Below, piece after piece: positions 38,141-51,809 of a DNA stretch of 64,000 bases. Position 1 is the stretch's first letter; every line of letters begins with the position of its first letter. The stretch covers positions 54,748,001 to 54,812,000 of the forward strand of contig NC_058368.1 in assembly GCF_018350175.1 (NCBI RefSeq), in the 5' to 3' direction. Under the pieces are notes generated by a model. The model searched no databases and was not told the DNA's origin. It saw only the letters and a list, made by a program, of their open reading frames with translations. A program made the translations under genes and the position numbers. The DNA is from Felis catus. Its lineage: Eukaryota.

Positions 38141-38339
38141 AATTTAAACTTGTATGGACGGGTAAAGGATCAAGAATAACAAAAATGCTGTGTCCCATAC
38201 TACCTGATGTCAATTTTTACCATAAAGCCACAACAATCAGTGGACTATGGTTGTGTACTAAGAATTGACAAACAGATCAATGGTACAGAGTAGAAATACA
38301 TTCATATATGTGCAGTCAACTGATTTTTGACAAGGTTGC

Positions 38340-38733
38340 TGTTATAGCCCCTTTGGGCTGCCATAACAGAATATCACAGACCAGATGGTTTAAACAACAG
38401 AAAGCCCCTTCCTTCCCCCTGCCACACACACAGTTCAGGAGGCTGCATCAAGGTGCCAGCAGGGTCAGTTTCTGATGAAGACTCTCTTTGTGTTTGCAAA
38501 AGGCTACCTTGTTGTGTCTTCACATGGCTTTTCTGTGTGGCAAGTGTTGGAGAGAGAGGTCCCTGGTATCTCTTTCTCTTCTTGTAAGGACATCAGTTCT
38601 GGCAGAGTAGGTCCTCACCCTTATGGCCTGTTTGACCTTAGCTCCTGCAAAGGCCTATCTCCAAATATTGGGGATGTTGGGGATTAGGGATTCAACATAA
38701 GAATTTAGGAAGGACACAATTCAATTTATAATA
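38340..38733 (-). mobile_element. MLT1A/B-like MaLR solo LTR
   Basis: GGGCTGCCATAACAGAATATCACAGACCAGATGGTTTAAACAACAGAAA ... GGATTCAACATAAGAATTT..GGACACAATTCA; approximate 5-bp TSD GTTGC/GGTGC. Confidence 0.85.
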
Positions 38734-39362
38734 GGTGCCAAATGAAGAAAGATAGATTTTTGAAAAAAATGGTGTGTGAACAACTGGATATTCATGTGAG
38801 AAAGATTGATTCTATTGGTCCATATATATCTATATTCTATATATATATCGCTCTATAGATATCTGTCCATGTATCTATATCCATATACCTATATAACTAT
38901 ATATATATATTATATACACATATATATAATTAATGCAGTGTGGATTTTAGATCTCAATTTAAAATCAAAAAATGATAAAACTTCTAGAAACCAAATATAA
39001 CAGAAAAATCTTTGTTACTTTGGGTAAGGATAAAGGTAAAGATGTTTTAGATATAACGCCAAGAGCAGAATTAATAATAACCAACCAAAAAAAAAAAAAG
39101 ATAAGTTGTACACCATCAAAAATGAAAAGCAAATCACTGGAAGAGAAGAGTTAAGGAGGACAAATCATAATAGCTGCAGTAATACTTGCAAATCTGGAAA
39201 TATTTTTACCAACCCCTAAATAAACATAGTTTCCTATTTATTTTATCACCCTTCTTAAGCTCTGATCCCAGTATACAACCAGTGATAGATATATGATTAT
39301 ATTATAATATATTTAAAAAATAGTTATATTAAGAACAAATTACTAGGTCATAGTTATCTAAT

Positions 39363-39575
39363 GGGGGTCACCAATATTTTTCTTTAATGATGCAGAGAGA
39401 AAGTATTTTAGGCTTTGCAGGCCATAAATCTCTGGTGGAACTAAACTTTGTCATTAGACCGCAGACCAGCCATAAGTTAGTAAATGAATAGACATGGACA
39501 AGTTCCAACACATTATATTTACAAAAATACACTTATTTTATGAACCAGCCTCGGTTCATAGTTGGTTGAAAATTG
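39363..39575. mobile_element. MER58A-like hAT-Charlie MITE
   Basis: TATTTTAGGCTTTGCAGGCCATA...CAGCCATA...GTAAATGAATAGACATGG..GTTCCAA...TATTTACAAAAATA. Confidence 0.75.
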
Positions 39576-39651
39576 CTACAAGATCAATGACAGCTAAAGA
39601 AAAATCTCTTCTTGGTGACTAACAAGTAACATAAAATTAGGAAAATGATTT

Positions 39652-40301
39652 ACTACTTTGAATACTGAAGTGTTTTTGTAAATACTATGAGTTTTTATTG
39701 TTTTGTTTACTTTTGCTCTTCATGTATTGTAGTGAAAGAATGCTAAACTAAGAGTTTCACTTTCTGATGTTTTTACTTATTAAATTTTCTTTGAATCAGT
39801 TAAATTTTCTGACTCTTAGTTTCTTATGCAAGTGAAAAAATGTGGTAATAATCATGAGGTTTACAGAACTCAAAAATCACTTGTAATCTAAAAAGCATCA
39901 CATACAACCTAGCCTTGATTTTTTTTGTGCCCTCCTCTACCCTTCCTCATAACTGCCTCACTTATAACTCTGACTAAACTGTTAAATATACTGACAAGTG
40001 CTGTTACACTGCATTCTACCTTATCTTCACAGGGTTAATTCTCTCTTCATTGATACAACTGTTACCTACATGCCAATATTGTTTAAGTCAATGTTTTCAA
40101 ACATCTCCTTTTGGTTCAAGTGATTCTTCCTACCCATACTATCAAAGTTATCTTCCTCAAACCCATGACTTACCTGCTTTAAAAAATGCAAAGTTTTATT
40201 ACTTTGGACATTACACTGGATATTCATATTCATTCACTACTTTGAATATTGAAGTGTTTTTGTAAATACTCTGAGTTTTTATTGTTTTGTTTACTTTTGC
40301 T
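39652..40301 (+). repeat. Dispersed 66-bp direct repeat (39652-39717 and 40236-40301)
   Basis: 64/66 identical by eye; offset 584 bp. Confidence 0.93.
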
Positions 40302-42111
40302 AAAATGAAAAGGGGATAAAACCCAAACTCTTTTCTGTGGCATAGAGAAGCCTCCTTGGCTCCTCAGCTGGCACCAGGCTTAACCTCTGCCATTCCATGC
40401 TTCTGGGCACTCACTGCTGTTGGGGGTCTCAGCTGGCATAGATCAGAACTTGCCGCTTACCCAACCCTCTCACTGTGTAGGGGCAGACAGGCATAGCTGC
40501 TGAGTCCATACCCCTGTCTGTCTGCCCACACTTTTCAGGTGTCACACTAAAAGCCAACTTTTCAGCTCTCTTTTTGGAAGCCCCTGTGGCCATGTGTATG
40601 TGCCTAACATATGTACAAAACAAATTCTATTTATTGCTATTGTATCCAGGGGGGGAAAGCCTTTCAACACTTTTATTTAAAAGATATGTTATCAAGGTTT
40701 TAAGGATAAAAACAAACTCCTTGTGGTATATAGAATTTTGTTCTAAATGAACATAAAAACCTTACCTCATGACAATTGCTCCTTCTTTCTTTCTTATATG
40801 TCCTATAGTCTAGTCACTCCGATATATTCCTTATTCTTCAAATAGGCAATAGACATGTGTTCATTTAATTCTTTTTTCTCTACCCTTCAGATATATACTT
40901 ATCCATTATGATGCTATTTCTTCTGTAAGTCTTATTTGTATGTCGCCTACAGTGAAAATTGACTAGTTTCTCTTTTGTGCAACACTTTGTGTTTCTCTCT
41001 CCATGAAAACTTTCTTTCCATCGTACTCTTAATCTCACAAACCTACATCCACTACAAATCTGTTGTTTTTCTTCCTAGGTCAGCCCTAAATATTCTCTTT
41101 TTAAATCTCCCTCTATTCTCCAGGTCAGAGCCTGGAACAGATGTTAAGGAATATCTTTTAAATATGAAGTAAATTTATGAAAAAAAAGATATGATTATGC
41201 CTCATTGAACAAAAAAATTTATTTTGGCACTTCCAGGTTTAGTGACCTCCTTATACTTCCTTGATGTACGAAATGATTGCTGAGAACTCTGTAAAACTTG
41301 AGGTAACTAGTATGTATTCAATGCTTGAAACCACTGGGGCTGGGATTTGAAGTACATCCAAATAGTTTAAGTGATCTCTTGGTCACATTTTCTTTATTTT
41401 TCTCTGAAGGTTTGCTTTCTTATATCTTATACATCATATTTAGGTATTCTGATATGAGTTGACAGTTTGGGTAATGACAGAAGAAAAAAGAAAATTAAAA
41501 GTTACTGCCTATTTAGTGCCATCTGCTATTATATTTCTCTTTCCTAGTTACCCAAGGAAGCAAGCTTTTAAAATTTTACTTTTGGCAATGCTTTTCTAAG
41601 CTTTTCAGCACCCTTTCCCTTCCTTTTTTAAATATGCTAGAAGTCTCTGATTTGACTTCTCATTTATATTGCTACATTTCTTGCTCTGTTCAAAAGTTAA
41701 GATGTCTCTCAAGGCAGTTACTTAACTTGGATAGGTGTAGACCTTGATTGGATAAGTATTTAAGAATTAGTCTGGAAATGTAGGTCAGGGCAATTGAGAT
41801 TCCTCTGTTTTGTGTATCCTTACCCACATCTTGGTTTCCAAAGATTTAAAACACAAAGGAAGTTATAGTAAGCATTACTGGGAACATCTTTTCCCCTGAA
41901 TCCTTTTCTTTTTCATTTCTGGTAACATAGATATATTATTAAAAATGTCCTGAACTTCGCAAAGTAAATGAGCATTGTATCCCTGAGAACAATGGCTATC
42001 AATCTAATAGGACTGTTTTACAAGTAAGGACCCCATCTCTATTTGGGGATAATCTACTAAAATATCCATTGCAGAATTTTTTTTTATTTCCCAGTCTTTT
42101 CTAAGGCATAA

Positions 42112-42114
<3 letters not shown>

Positions 42115-42151
<37 letters not shown>
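42115..42151. repeat. (AC)n microsatellite
   Basis: Perfect dinucleotide run. Confidence 0.95.
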
Positions 42152-42155
<4 letters not shown>

Positions 42156-44283
42156 TTGCATTGCATTTTTCCTCATTAGTTTGCCTGGACAAATTTATAT
42201 TTCTATGGCATGTTCGTAGCTGCTGCACCCATCTTTCCTCCATTAAAATGATAAATCCTGGAGACCAAAGAGGAATCTCAGAAGAAGAAACTGACATGAG
42301 AATGGAAGGGATTATAAAATAGTCAATTGGTGATAATTTTGAATGTCAGTTTAGGAAGTTAAAACATAGCCATAAAAGCAATGAAATAGTATTGAGTATT
42401 TGGTTCAGGAAAATTGGTTTGTTGTGAATGTAAGAAGGGTTCGAAGACAGACAAAAGTATAAAGACAGAAAAAAGTATGAAATCAGACTGTTGGATTCAG
42501 GGTGACTGGGAGAAATAGTACATAAGTTGTTATACTGGCTGTTGTAAAAAGTTTAAGTAGATGGTTGACAGGTTAAAAGAAAAAAGGAAAAAAAAAGGAA
42601 AGCAAAGGACATGTAAAAGAATTTGAAGATTGACCCACCATGATAGGTAAGAAGAAAGAAGGGTTAAAGATGTCCCCTTGAAAATCTGAAGAAACTATTT
42701 TTTCAGAGTCATGCCAGGTCCTATACTGTAATAAAAGAGATTTTAAAGCCATGATCCAAGATCAACCTTATTAAAACAAAAGCCTCTTGTAACTCTTGAT
42801 CTGCACAGAAATACTAGGAAAAAAGATGACTAGACTAATGCAGGTTTGGGCAATACTCAGAGGATGACATAAGTTGTGAAATGGTTAAAATTTTAGAAAA
42901 TTTTAAGAAATCTGACATAAACAGAACTGCTTTCCTTAAAATAAGTTCTAATGATCATACAATTTATGTTTGCAAAAAGAGTATCATTCAAACATTTATT
43001 TTAGAGTATGGAACTATACCGCCCGTAATTCCTTTCCCTGCAATGTTCGAGGTTACAGTGAGCCTCAAGAGACATTTTGGCAATGCAATTGGGAAGGCAG
43101 ATTTAGAAAGCACCCATTTTCATTTTATGCTCTGACTGTGGTGCAAGACATCAGAGACCAATGCTGTTTGTGCGTGTTGTCACTGCTGTGGTGAAGTGCG
43201 CAGCATCCAGGCCCATAGCTCACTGAGTATCAGCTAGATGTTCTCTTTCACCTCCCCTGAATTATAGATGAGCCTATCAGTCCCTGAAGCAACAAATGGG
43301 CCTAAAGTTTATTTGGAATCTGCCAGATTCCTTGCTCCAGCTGCTCTGATTCCAGGGCTAGGTATACATTTAGCTCCAAGACAGCTTCTCCTGAAAATCT
43401 CAAACCTCATCAAAGGTGGGCCTTTCAGTGAGGCCCTCAAGTGGACTCCAGGTCACCAATGTGGGTTCCAGTTTGTCTTTGTCCCTCCCTATTTTATGTC
43501 CACCTTTCCTTCTAAACCTAGACCCTATTTTGCTGACTTTAGGCCTGGCATCAGACATGTAAGCAACAGCCATACAAATGGATAACCAGTCCCTACAATT
43601 GATTGAGGTCAAATACCTAAAATACCTAAAATAAGTCTCCTATTCGGCACCACTCTTAGTGATGCTGTTTCTTGGATTATTCAATATACTGTTCTGACGC
43701 AATTAGTTAATTATCTCAAACAATCTGTGTAGCCATTATCACACTATTAAATTAGAGAGATTAACATTACCTTTCTGAATGGTAAAATAATTTGTAAGTT
43801 TAAAAACAAGGAAAAATCCATAAAAAAATTCTAATGTATAAATGAAAAACTTTCAAATATTTAAACATCATAAATATAAAATGTTAACAACAAATTGAAA
43901 AACTACCAATTTCATATCTGACAGGTGTCAATGCTTTTAATATGCAAATTGGGTTTATAAATCAAGACAAAATATAAACGTCATTTGATGAGCTTACTAA
44001 GAAAAGCAAAAAAAACATATTTTTAATAAATATAACTTCATATGTTAAATTCACTCATCCTAAAAATACTGCAAATTAAAAATATTTGCCAACCAATTAG
44101 AAAAAATGAGAGTAGGAGCCAATTATTTCTTTTGTTACAGGTAAAGTCATATTAGGGTATATAGCTATAGACTTGTATATAGTACATAAGTATGTACTTA
44201 TATATAGTATCTATCTATGAAAACACCATATATAGAAAACAGCAAGAGTTCATTTAGTTACTTCAATAAATTGACACATTTCA

Positions 44284-44497
44284 GGGTACCTGGGTGGCTC
44301 AGTCGGTTAATTGTCCGACCTCAGCTCTGGTCATGATCTCTCAGTTCGTGGGTTTGAAACCCAAATTGGGCTCTGTGCTTAAAGCTCAGAGCCTGGAGTC
44401 TGCTTCAGATTCTGTGTCTCCCTCGCTCTGTGCCCCTCCCCTGCTCACACTCTGCCTCTCTCTCTCAAAAATAAACAAAAATTTAAAAAAATTAAAA
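44284..44497 (+). mobile_element. CanSINE
   Basis: Head, CT tract and A-tail; flanking ACACATTTC repeat. Confidence 0.94.
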
Positions 44498-45146
44498 AAT
44501 GAACTAACACATTTCTAATCTGTCATTTAACCAAACTGTGCAAGTTATAAGTGGACTCAAATTAGCATAAAGATAACATTTCAGTGTGACCACCACTAAG
44601 AATGAAAGCATGAATACATCCCAGAAACCACCTATGTGCCCCCCCCCAATCAGTATACTCCCCCTCTTCCCACTCTCCAACCTTCAAACACCATAGTTTA
44701 GTTTTCTCTTTTGGATAACTTCATATAAACGTAGAAAACCTATTACTGACACAAAAGAAGGCACACAGCAACAAAAATCTCTGCGTTATTGAAAGATAAG
44801 GGAAAGCAAGAAATAAGACTCTTCACTGGGGATTGCTGCATAGTTCAATAAGCCACTGTTAAATTATAAGAGAAGCAAAATTATTCTTACATTTGTTAAG
44901 TCAAAATTGCCTCTTTCATAATTCATGGGAGACAATGCTGGGAATCACTGTAGTACATTTGTAAGTGATTAGATTTAAACATTCCTGTTTTAAAGATATT
45001 TTGGTTGTTTCCAAGAGTGTCTGAGGCCAATATCCACATGAAATTCATCCAGTATATGTGCCAGGTTACACACAGCAACAACAACAACAATAAAAAAATT
45101 CCTTTCCCACCACGAGGATCTTCAAATCAAGATAGACAGATAGATA

Positions 45147-45190
45147 AATGGATACACTGAACCCTTTTAATGGACACACTGAACCCTTTT
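45147..45190. repeat. 22-bp tandem duplication
   Basis: AATGGA(T/C)ACACTGAACCCTTTT twice. Confidence 0.9.
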
Positions 45191-46614
45191 ACCAGCTTTT
45201 GGTGATTTTCAGCACTATTTGAGGATAGGAATAGTTGGAAAAGATTAAAGTTGTTATTAATGAAACAGAGCTGAAGTAATACATTTATTCACCTTCTGGT
45301 GAATCCTGGGAGCTAACAATTCTTTATGTAAATTCCAGTGTTATCACTTAAATTATTGCCGAGTTTAGTAAATATCTAGAAGAGCAGAGAATTAAAGTAA
45401 ATTGAGTTTATTGATTTTATTCATAAGTGGCCTATAGGACCAATGGCATAGAAATAGTCCATATGTGGTGATACTAAAAAATAAAAGATAGCATTAGTAT
45501 TTTGTAGCTTCCCATGTATAAAATGGTTTTAAGTCTTTTTAAACTAACATTTTCTTTATTGGTTTTCTATAATTGCTAGAAATAGTAGCAAATACTCAAA
45601 ACTCATTTCTAGTATGTCCTAAATTCTCCATTCTGGTATGTCCCGATTCCTAACTTTGTATCTTTCTCTCATTCATCCCTCTTTATTTTGCAGGTGTAAG
45701 TAAAAATAGTGGAAGATTCAAAATGTTTTATAAGGTTATTAAAAGAATCTTACAAGTGTTAAAAGCTGTTAATACATTCTATCAAGATATATGCGAAAAG
45801 GGAGGGGAGAATCAGCTATTAGATAAAAAATATGTGTCTTTACAAAAAATATATTGTTAATTTTGAAAAATATTTGACCATATTACTGACAAAACACCGT
45901 GGGTATTCTGTAGAGGTAAAACCATTTTTAAAATCTATTCATTCACTACTACTACTGAAATGCAGCATATATTCCATTCACTGTAGAATTTCCCAATTTG
46001 TGTTAAATTCTTGGTATTCACCTTGCACTACAACTGGCGTGGATATGGAACCACAAAATCTCTCCCACTTCATGGATGTGCCTATTTCTTTTAATTATCA
46101 ATGCTCTTGAATATGCTCTTTATCATTGTCTGGAATGCCATTCCTTTTCATTCTGTAACTGGTATATTATCATTCATCTTCACATGTTTCATTGTTCTCA
46201 TTCCTAGACAAAGATACTTGCACTTTTTTATTTGCTTTCATTATACTTTACAAATCACTGTTATAGTACTTATTTCATGGTTGTAAATTTTTAACAGCAC
46301 TTTAATGTGCTGGGAGCTACATGAAGGCAGAGCACTTTGTTTTGTTAACAATGGTCAACACATTTGTCAAGTATGTGCCTGCTGTGGTGTCAAAATAATT
46401 TCTGGCACATCTGAATTACTCACTGTATGCTGCTGCATGAATGCAAAGACTGGCTAAATGATAATTAGTGTTGAACAACTTTCTCCAAATAAACAGTTTG
46501 GAAATAATATTTTTGATAACGTTTTAGATGAACAAATATATTTCATTTTGAAAGAAGAAATATATCTGCTTTTTAGAAAATTTAATTTTGAAAGGCATTT
46601 GATGATACAGATTT

Positions 46615-46833
46615 TTAATGTTTTATTTTTGAGAGAGAGAAAGAGAGAGAGAGTGTGTGTGCACGCACACAAGTGGGGGTAGGGCAGAGAGAAGGAAACA
46701 CAGAATCCAAAATAGGCACTAAGCTCCAAGCTGTCAGCAAAGAGCCTGAGGCAGGGCCTGAACTCACAAACCAAGAGATCAGGACCTGAGCCAAAGTCGG
46801 ATGCTCAAGCAACTGAGCTACCCACGTGTCCCC
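46615..46833 (-). mobile_element. Older CanSINE
   Basis: Reverse-complement head, AG tract and T-tail. Confidence 0.92.
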
Positions 46834-49800
46834 ATAAGTATCAGAATCTTTAAATGTCCCATCTCATTGCAATCATGTTTTGGGGGACAGAAATCTCCCT
46901 TTAAAAGTCAGAATCAGTTTATATAGTCAGCATTTCAGGAGTTTAAGCATGAAGACAAAAAGGAGTGCAGTTTTTTTTTGGATAATTACAGTCATTCATA
47001 GGAGTTTCAAGCAGGCATTATCTAAATAAAGCAGAATTTCCATAAAAGACAACATGAAACTTCCATCATCAATGATACTAAAATATATTCTAACATAAAG
47101 ATCAAAATGTGCATTCAAATTAATTCCCTAAACAACAGGATGAAACCAATTTGCAAAAATTAGTCTGCAGTTCAGTCAGTATTTATGTACTTTGCTAAAA
47201 ATCATTATAAAATACCTTACTTTCATTTCATAAAATTTGCAAAAGGATGCTTTCTGTCCAGAACATGATTGAGCTATTTGATTTAAAACTATATTTACAA
47301 ATTGCATTATCAAGTTTATAATTCTGTGATGAGAAAAAAATGAATTAGTTACTCAGCATTCCAATGATCTTACTGCTCACATATAAATTTTTTGGTAAGC
47401 TTCAAGGAAAGATTCTCTAAAATTCAGAAGTATATAAAATTGCAGTTAATAAGCAAACAACACAGGGTATAAATATATTGATCTAAATAGCAGACACTTA
47501 TTATAGAGATCATGGATAGCTCTAAGACTGTGTTATTTTATCTAAGTATTTATTTTACATTGATTATTTTAATAAAAGAACTATACTTTAAAATCAAAAG
47601 AAGATTTATCTATATCATAATTAAATGTGATGGCATGAATTTTGTTTCAAGTACTAATTTTCATCATTGAAAATTTTATTTGTACTCAGTATTCTAAATA
47701 TGGAAGAATTAAAATACTACATTAAATAATGCCTCTCCTCAATCAGATGTAAGTTATTTGAGGTAATGAATTCTTTATTTTTCCACTTGATATTCTCAGT
47801 TCTGGGCACAATGCCTGGCACATGGTAGGTAATTAGTAAATGCTTTGCTGACTGGCCAAATGCTTGCCTTTTTATCAATAAAATTTCAAAGGAATACCCA
47901 AGTAATTTAAATAACTAATGTTGTTAATGTAAACAAATATGTTACTTTAAACAATGTAATGAAGCTTTATGCAGTCCATATCAACTCATTACTTGGACAA
48001 AATAATTAGCAAAAAAAAAAGTTATACAAGGAGAGATGGTAAGGTACTTTTTTAATATAAATCATTCATTTATGTAAGAATGTCTAAATTCCCCAAACTT
48101 TTACTGGGTTTCATAATATGCCCATGCCATGTGTGAATTCCATGTGAATATTTAGAAATAACTCTGAAAAAATGTATCAATTTTATTTTATATGCATTTA
48201 TATTGAATATACTGTTCCATCTATAATACTCCAAAGAGGTTTTTTTCCTTAGAACAATAATAAATAGTAAGCAAAACTGAAGCTCTGAGAGTATAATGCT
48301 TCTTATTCCAAAAAAAAATTTGATTCGGCAAATGAGAGTCTACTTCCTTGTACAATTCTGCTCAATTTTACATGTTGCAAAACATACACATTTGATTTTT
48401 TAAATATGTTTTCTCTGGAATATTTTTAATGAGCCTATGATCATCTCCTTGTAATTATCCCCTTCTATATAGCTAACAAAGTAATTTCAGGTTTTTTTGA
48501 AATGTTGTCTATGCTTTTTGTGATTTGATTTTCATTTTCCAGCTCTGCTGATTCCATTTATTTGAGTTCAGTTGTCCAGTAACATTTTTTATAAATATCT
48601 AACCTTACATTCTATACTAAAAGAGATAAATGTTGACAATCGAAGTTTTATATGAAAATCTTCAGCTACCACAGGGAATTGCCACACGAAATATTAGGTA
48701 GAAGTTATATTTACACAGCGTTTTCCATTCAAATGCTTGGGTCAGTTATTTTGAGTGAAGTACACCTTTTAAGATAATAGAAAATATATTTCATGAATAA
48801 ATTAATAACTATGACTAGAACTTGGATTTATTGATTCCTGTTGTTTTGACTCTGGACTCTTCCTTATTTGACGTTATTGGACATAAGGATGAACAAAACA
48901 TGATTACTTTCCAGGTAGGTAAAGGCATAGTGGAGGTAACTATATATTAACAAATGTCTACAATAAAATGTGCTCTGCTATAGTGCACTGAAAATGAGAG
49001 ATTAATGTAGTCTCTGTTAGAGATAGTGTGAATAAAATCCTCAGAGAGAAGGTATGATGACTTTTTAAACTTAGATTTCAAGGATAAGTACACATACCAT
49101 CTGTTTTCACATATGTCATAAATCAGACATAAGTTAGCATTTGGCCATTAAGCTCTGTCCAGAGAAATGTTTCCATCCATAACATTAACTTTCAATGCAT
49201 TAGAGAAAAGTTCATGCACCGGATATAAGAGACTTGGGGGTGATTACCCAGTCATGAGCATATTGCCTTCTAGAAGCTAGGAGTTAGGAGAGGAGTAACG
49301 GCTAGTGCATATTATAAGGATATAAATGTCAAGTGGAGAAGAAAGGTTGCTGGAGTTTCATCTTGCAAGTTTTAATGGCACTTTGAGTCCAAATGTATCC
49401 CAAATTTGTGTCATTAAAAATCAGCTAAATAGTAAGAAAAAATATGGGCCCAGCACTGATAAGTCATGATTCAAAAGATTTTTTAATATTCCAGATGTCA
49501 CTGGACATACATATTTTGAGGAATAATTCACAGGTCATGAGAACATAATCTTTTGAGTGGTGACATGGCATCAGGAAGATGTCAATTGTTAATACTCTTT
49601 TTTTTCTTTCTTTTGTACACTTAATTCAATAATCAGTGCTGTTTTCCTCCTTCATAAAAATTCATAGCACATAGTGTTCTCAGACATGTTGAAAAATATG
49701 AGTGAGAGAAAGAGAATTTTAATGGGGTGTGCATTATATTGATGGAGCTAGTTCTGAAGTCATTTGTTGAGGTTGGCAAGATGCTAAATTAAGAGCAGAC

Positions 49801-50459
49801 TAAAAAAGTGTTTAATTTATTGTATCTACTTCCATGGGCTCTTAAAAAAGAGATCTTAGATATGGGTTTTAAAAATAAGCAATGCATTTAATTGCTTCTG
49901 CAAAGAAAATCTTTCATGTTGATAACCATAAATATTAATGAGTTATAAGAATAGAAAATAAGATAATGAGAATAGAAGCCTTCATCAGAATAATAATATA
50001 TTAAAACTAATTTAGGGACTTCAAATTCCAGCCTTATTTTAGTAACTTTTACCTTATTAATCTCCTACTGAAAGTAACTATGAAAGCTGGATAAAGAACA
50101 TAAAAACAACTGCTTAAACACATCACAATATAATCAAGGCAAACTGATTTTTGTGATTAAGAAAAAAGTTAAATTCACTATGGCAAGTTTGCAGTATTTG
50201 CCTCTGACATTTCCTTTGGATTTGCTTTTCTTCTTTGTTTTTTAACTCACACATAAAAGGAAGAAATTGTCTTTTAAACTTACTCATAACAGAAAATGGT
50301 AGTCTGGGAATATGAAACTTTTGTTGAGACTAGAAGCCAAGAATTAGTGTTCTGGAGTTCTACTAGGCCTTGTCCAGCAAAATTTTGCACTGCAGAATAA
50401 GGCTAGCCTACTAAAACTGACAAAAGTAAAAATAGAGAAAAAGAAAAGTCCTATATTTA

Positions 50460-51577
50460 TTTTGGAATCCAAGTCAGTAATTTAAAATGTCTCCATTAAG
50501 AAAACTTCAAACACAGTTGACTAGTTATATTTATGAACAACTGAAAAATATTAATGCTGATCTTATGCAAATTCCCTAAGGAACAGAAAAATAAAAAAGA
50601 GAGGATCTCCCTACTTTCCTTATGAGGTAAGCATAATTATAACCACAGTTGATAAAAAAAAGTAGTAAAAAAGAGGGAATTATATTATGGTCTTTTGTAT
50701 GAATATAGATGCACAAATGACTACAGAAAATATTGGCAACTTAAATAAAGACATAAAAAATATAATATCTCAAGAGTAAGTTTAGTTATTCCAGAAATTC
50801 ATTTTTGATTTAATATTCAAAATTAAATTTTACCATACTTACAGAATAAAGGAGAAATTTATATATGCCTATCTATACATGTAAAAGCAACATCTGACAA
50901 AACTCTTTTTTGATTTTAAAAGATGATTAAATCTCTGGAGGAAATCTCCCAGACTACTAGAAATAAAACAGAACTTTTCCAAAAGTCTGATAAATTATAA
51001 GGATATGGCAATTCAGCAAAAAATATTACCAATCATTAAAAATTGCAAACTTTCCTCTTGTGATCAACGAGACAACCATGTCGACCACTATCATTTCTAT
51101 ACAACAATGGACTAGAAATCCATGACAGTGCACTTAAACCAACTAATAAAATAAAACATGAATATTAAAAGTGAATAAAGTTTCCTTATTTAGTGAAAAC
51201 TTTCAAAGGAAATTATAGATATTCTATAAGAATTTCAAATAAATTTAGCAGTCATTAGAATCAAAATCAACATACAAAAAACAATTATATTTACATATTT
51301 TAGCACCAAATTTTTAGAAAATTAAACTACTGATGATATAGCATTAAAAGCACGAAATATACAGTAATAAATCTGACAAAAGTTGTAAATATCTTTACAC
51401 TGATCTAATATAATGTCATTTACATGGAAAACTACAAAACACCATTGAGAGTATTTTAAAGATATAAATAAAAGATTAATATATGTTCACAGACTAAAAA
51501 TTATATATTGTCAAGTTTTCTTCACATGATCTATTGATTTCAAGAAAACCCCAACTGAAATCATAGCAGTGTTTTTC
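50460..51577 (+). mobile_element. Ancient L1M ORF2 (RT region) relic, left part; host of L1 copy 2
   Basis: ATGAATATAGATGCACAA (MNIDA), ATATTGGCAAC, TATATTGTCAAG, CCAACTGAAATCATAGCAG (PIKIPA-like). Confidence 0.75.
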
Positions 51578-51809
51578 TTTTTTTTTTATATGAAATTTAT
51601 TGACAAATTGGTTTCCATACAACACCCAGGGCTCATCCCAAAAGGTGCCCTCCTCAATACCCATCACCCACCCTCTCCTCCCTCCCAACCCCATCAACCC
51701 TCAGTTTGTTCTCAGTTTTTAACAGTCTCTTATGCTTTGGCTCTCTCCCACTCTAACCTCTTTTTTTTTTTTTCTCCTTCCCCTCCCCCATGGGTTCCTG
51801 TGAAGTTTC

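Larger units (their letters stand above)
37260..39150 (+). mobile_element. Ancient L1M ORF2 3' relic, interrupted by two SINEs and an MLT1 LTR
   Basis: AAGACTCAACATTGTGAAG, ACAGATCAATGGTACAGAGTAGAAA, CAACTGATTTTTGACAAGG, AACAACTGGATATTCAT. Confidence 0.8.

Noticed and set aside
45655..45701. Polypyrimidine tract plus CAG|GTGTAAGT as a recursive splice site or microexon
   Set aside because: No host gene or strand is known, and such motifs arise by chance in AT-rich DNA; it would need RNA-seq.
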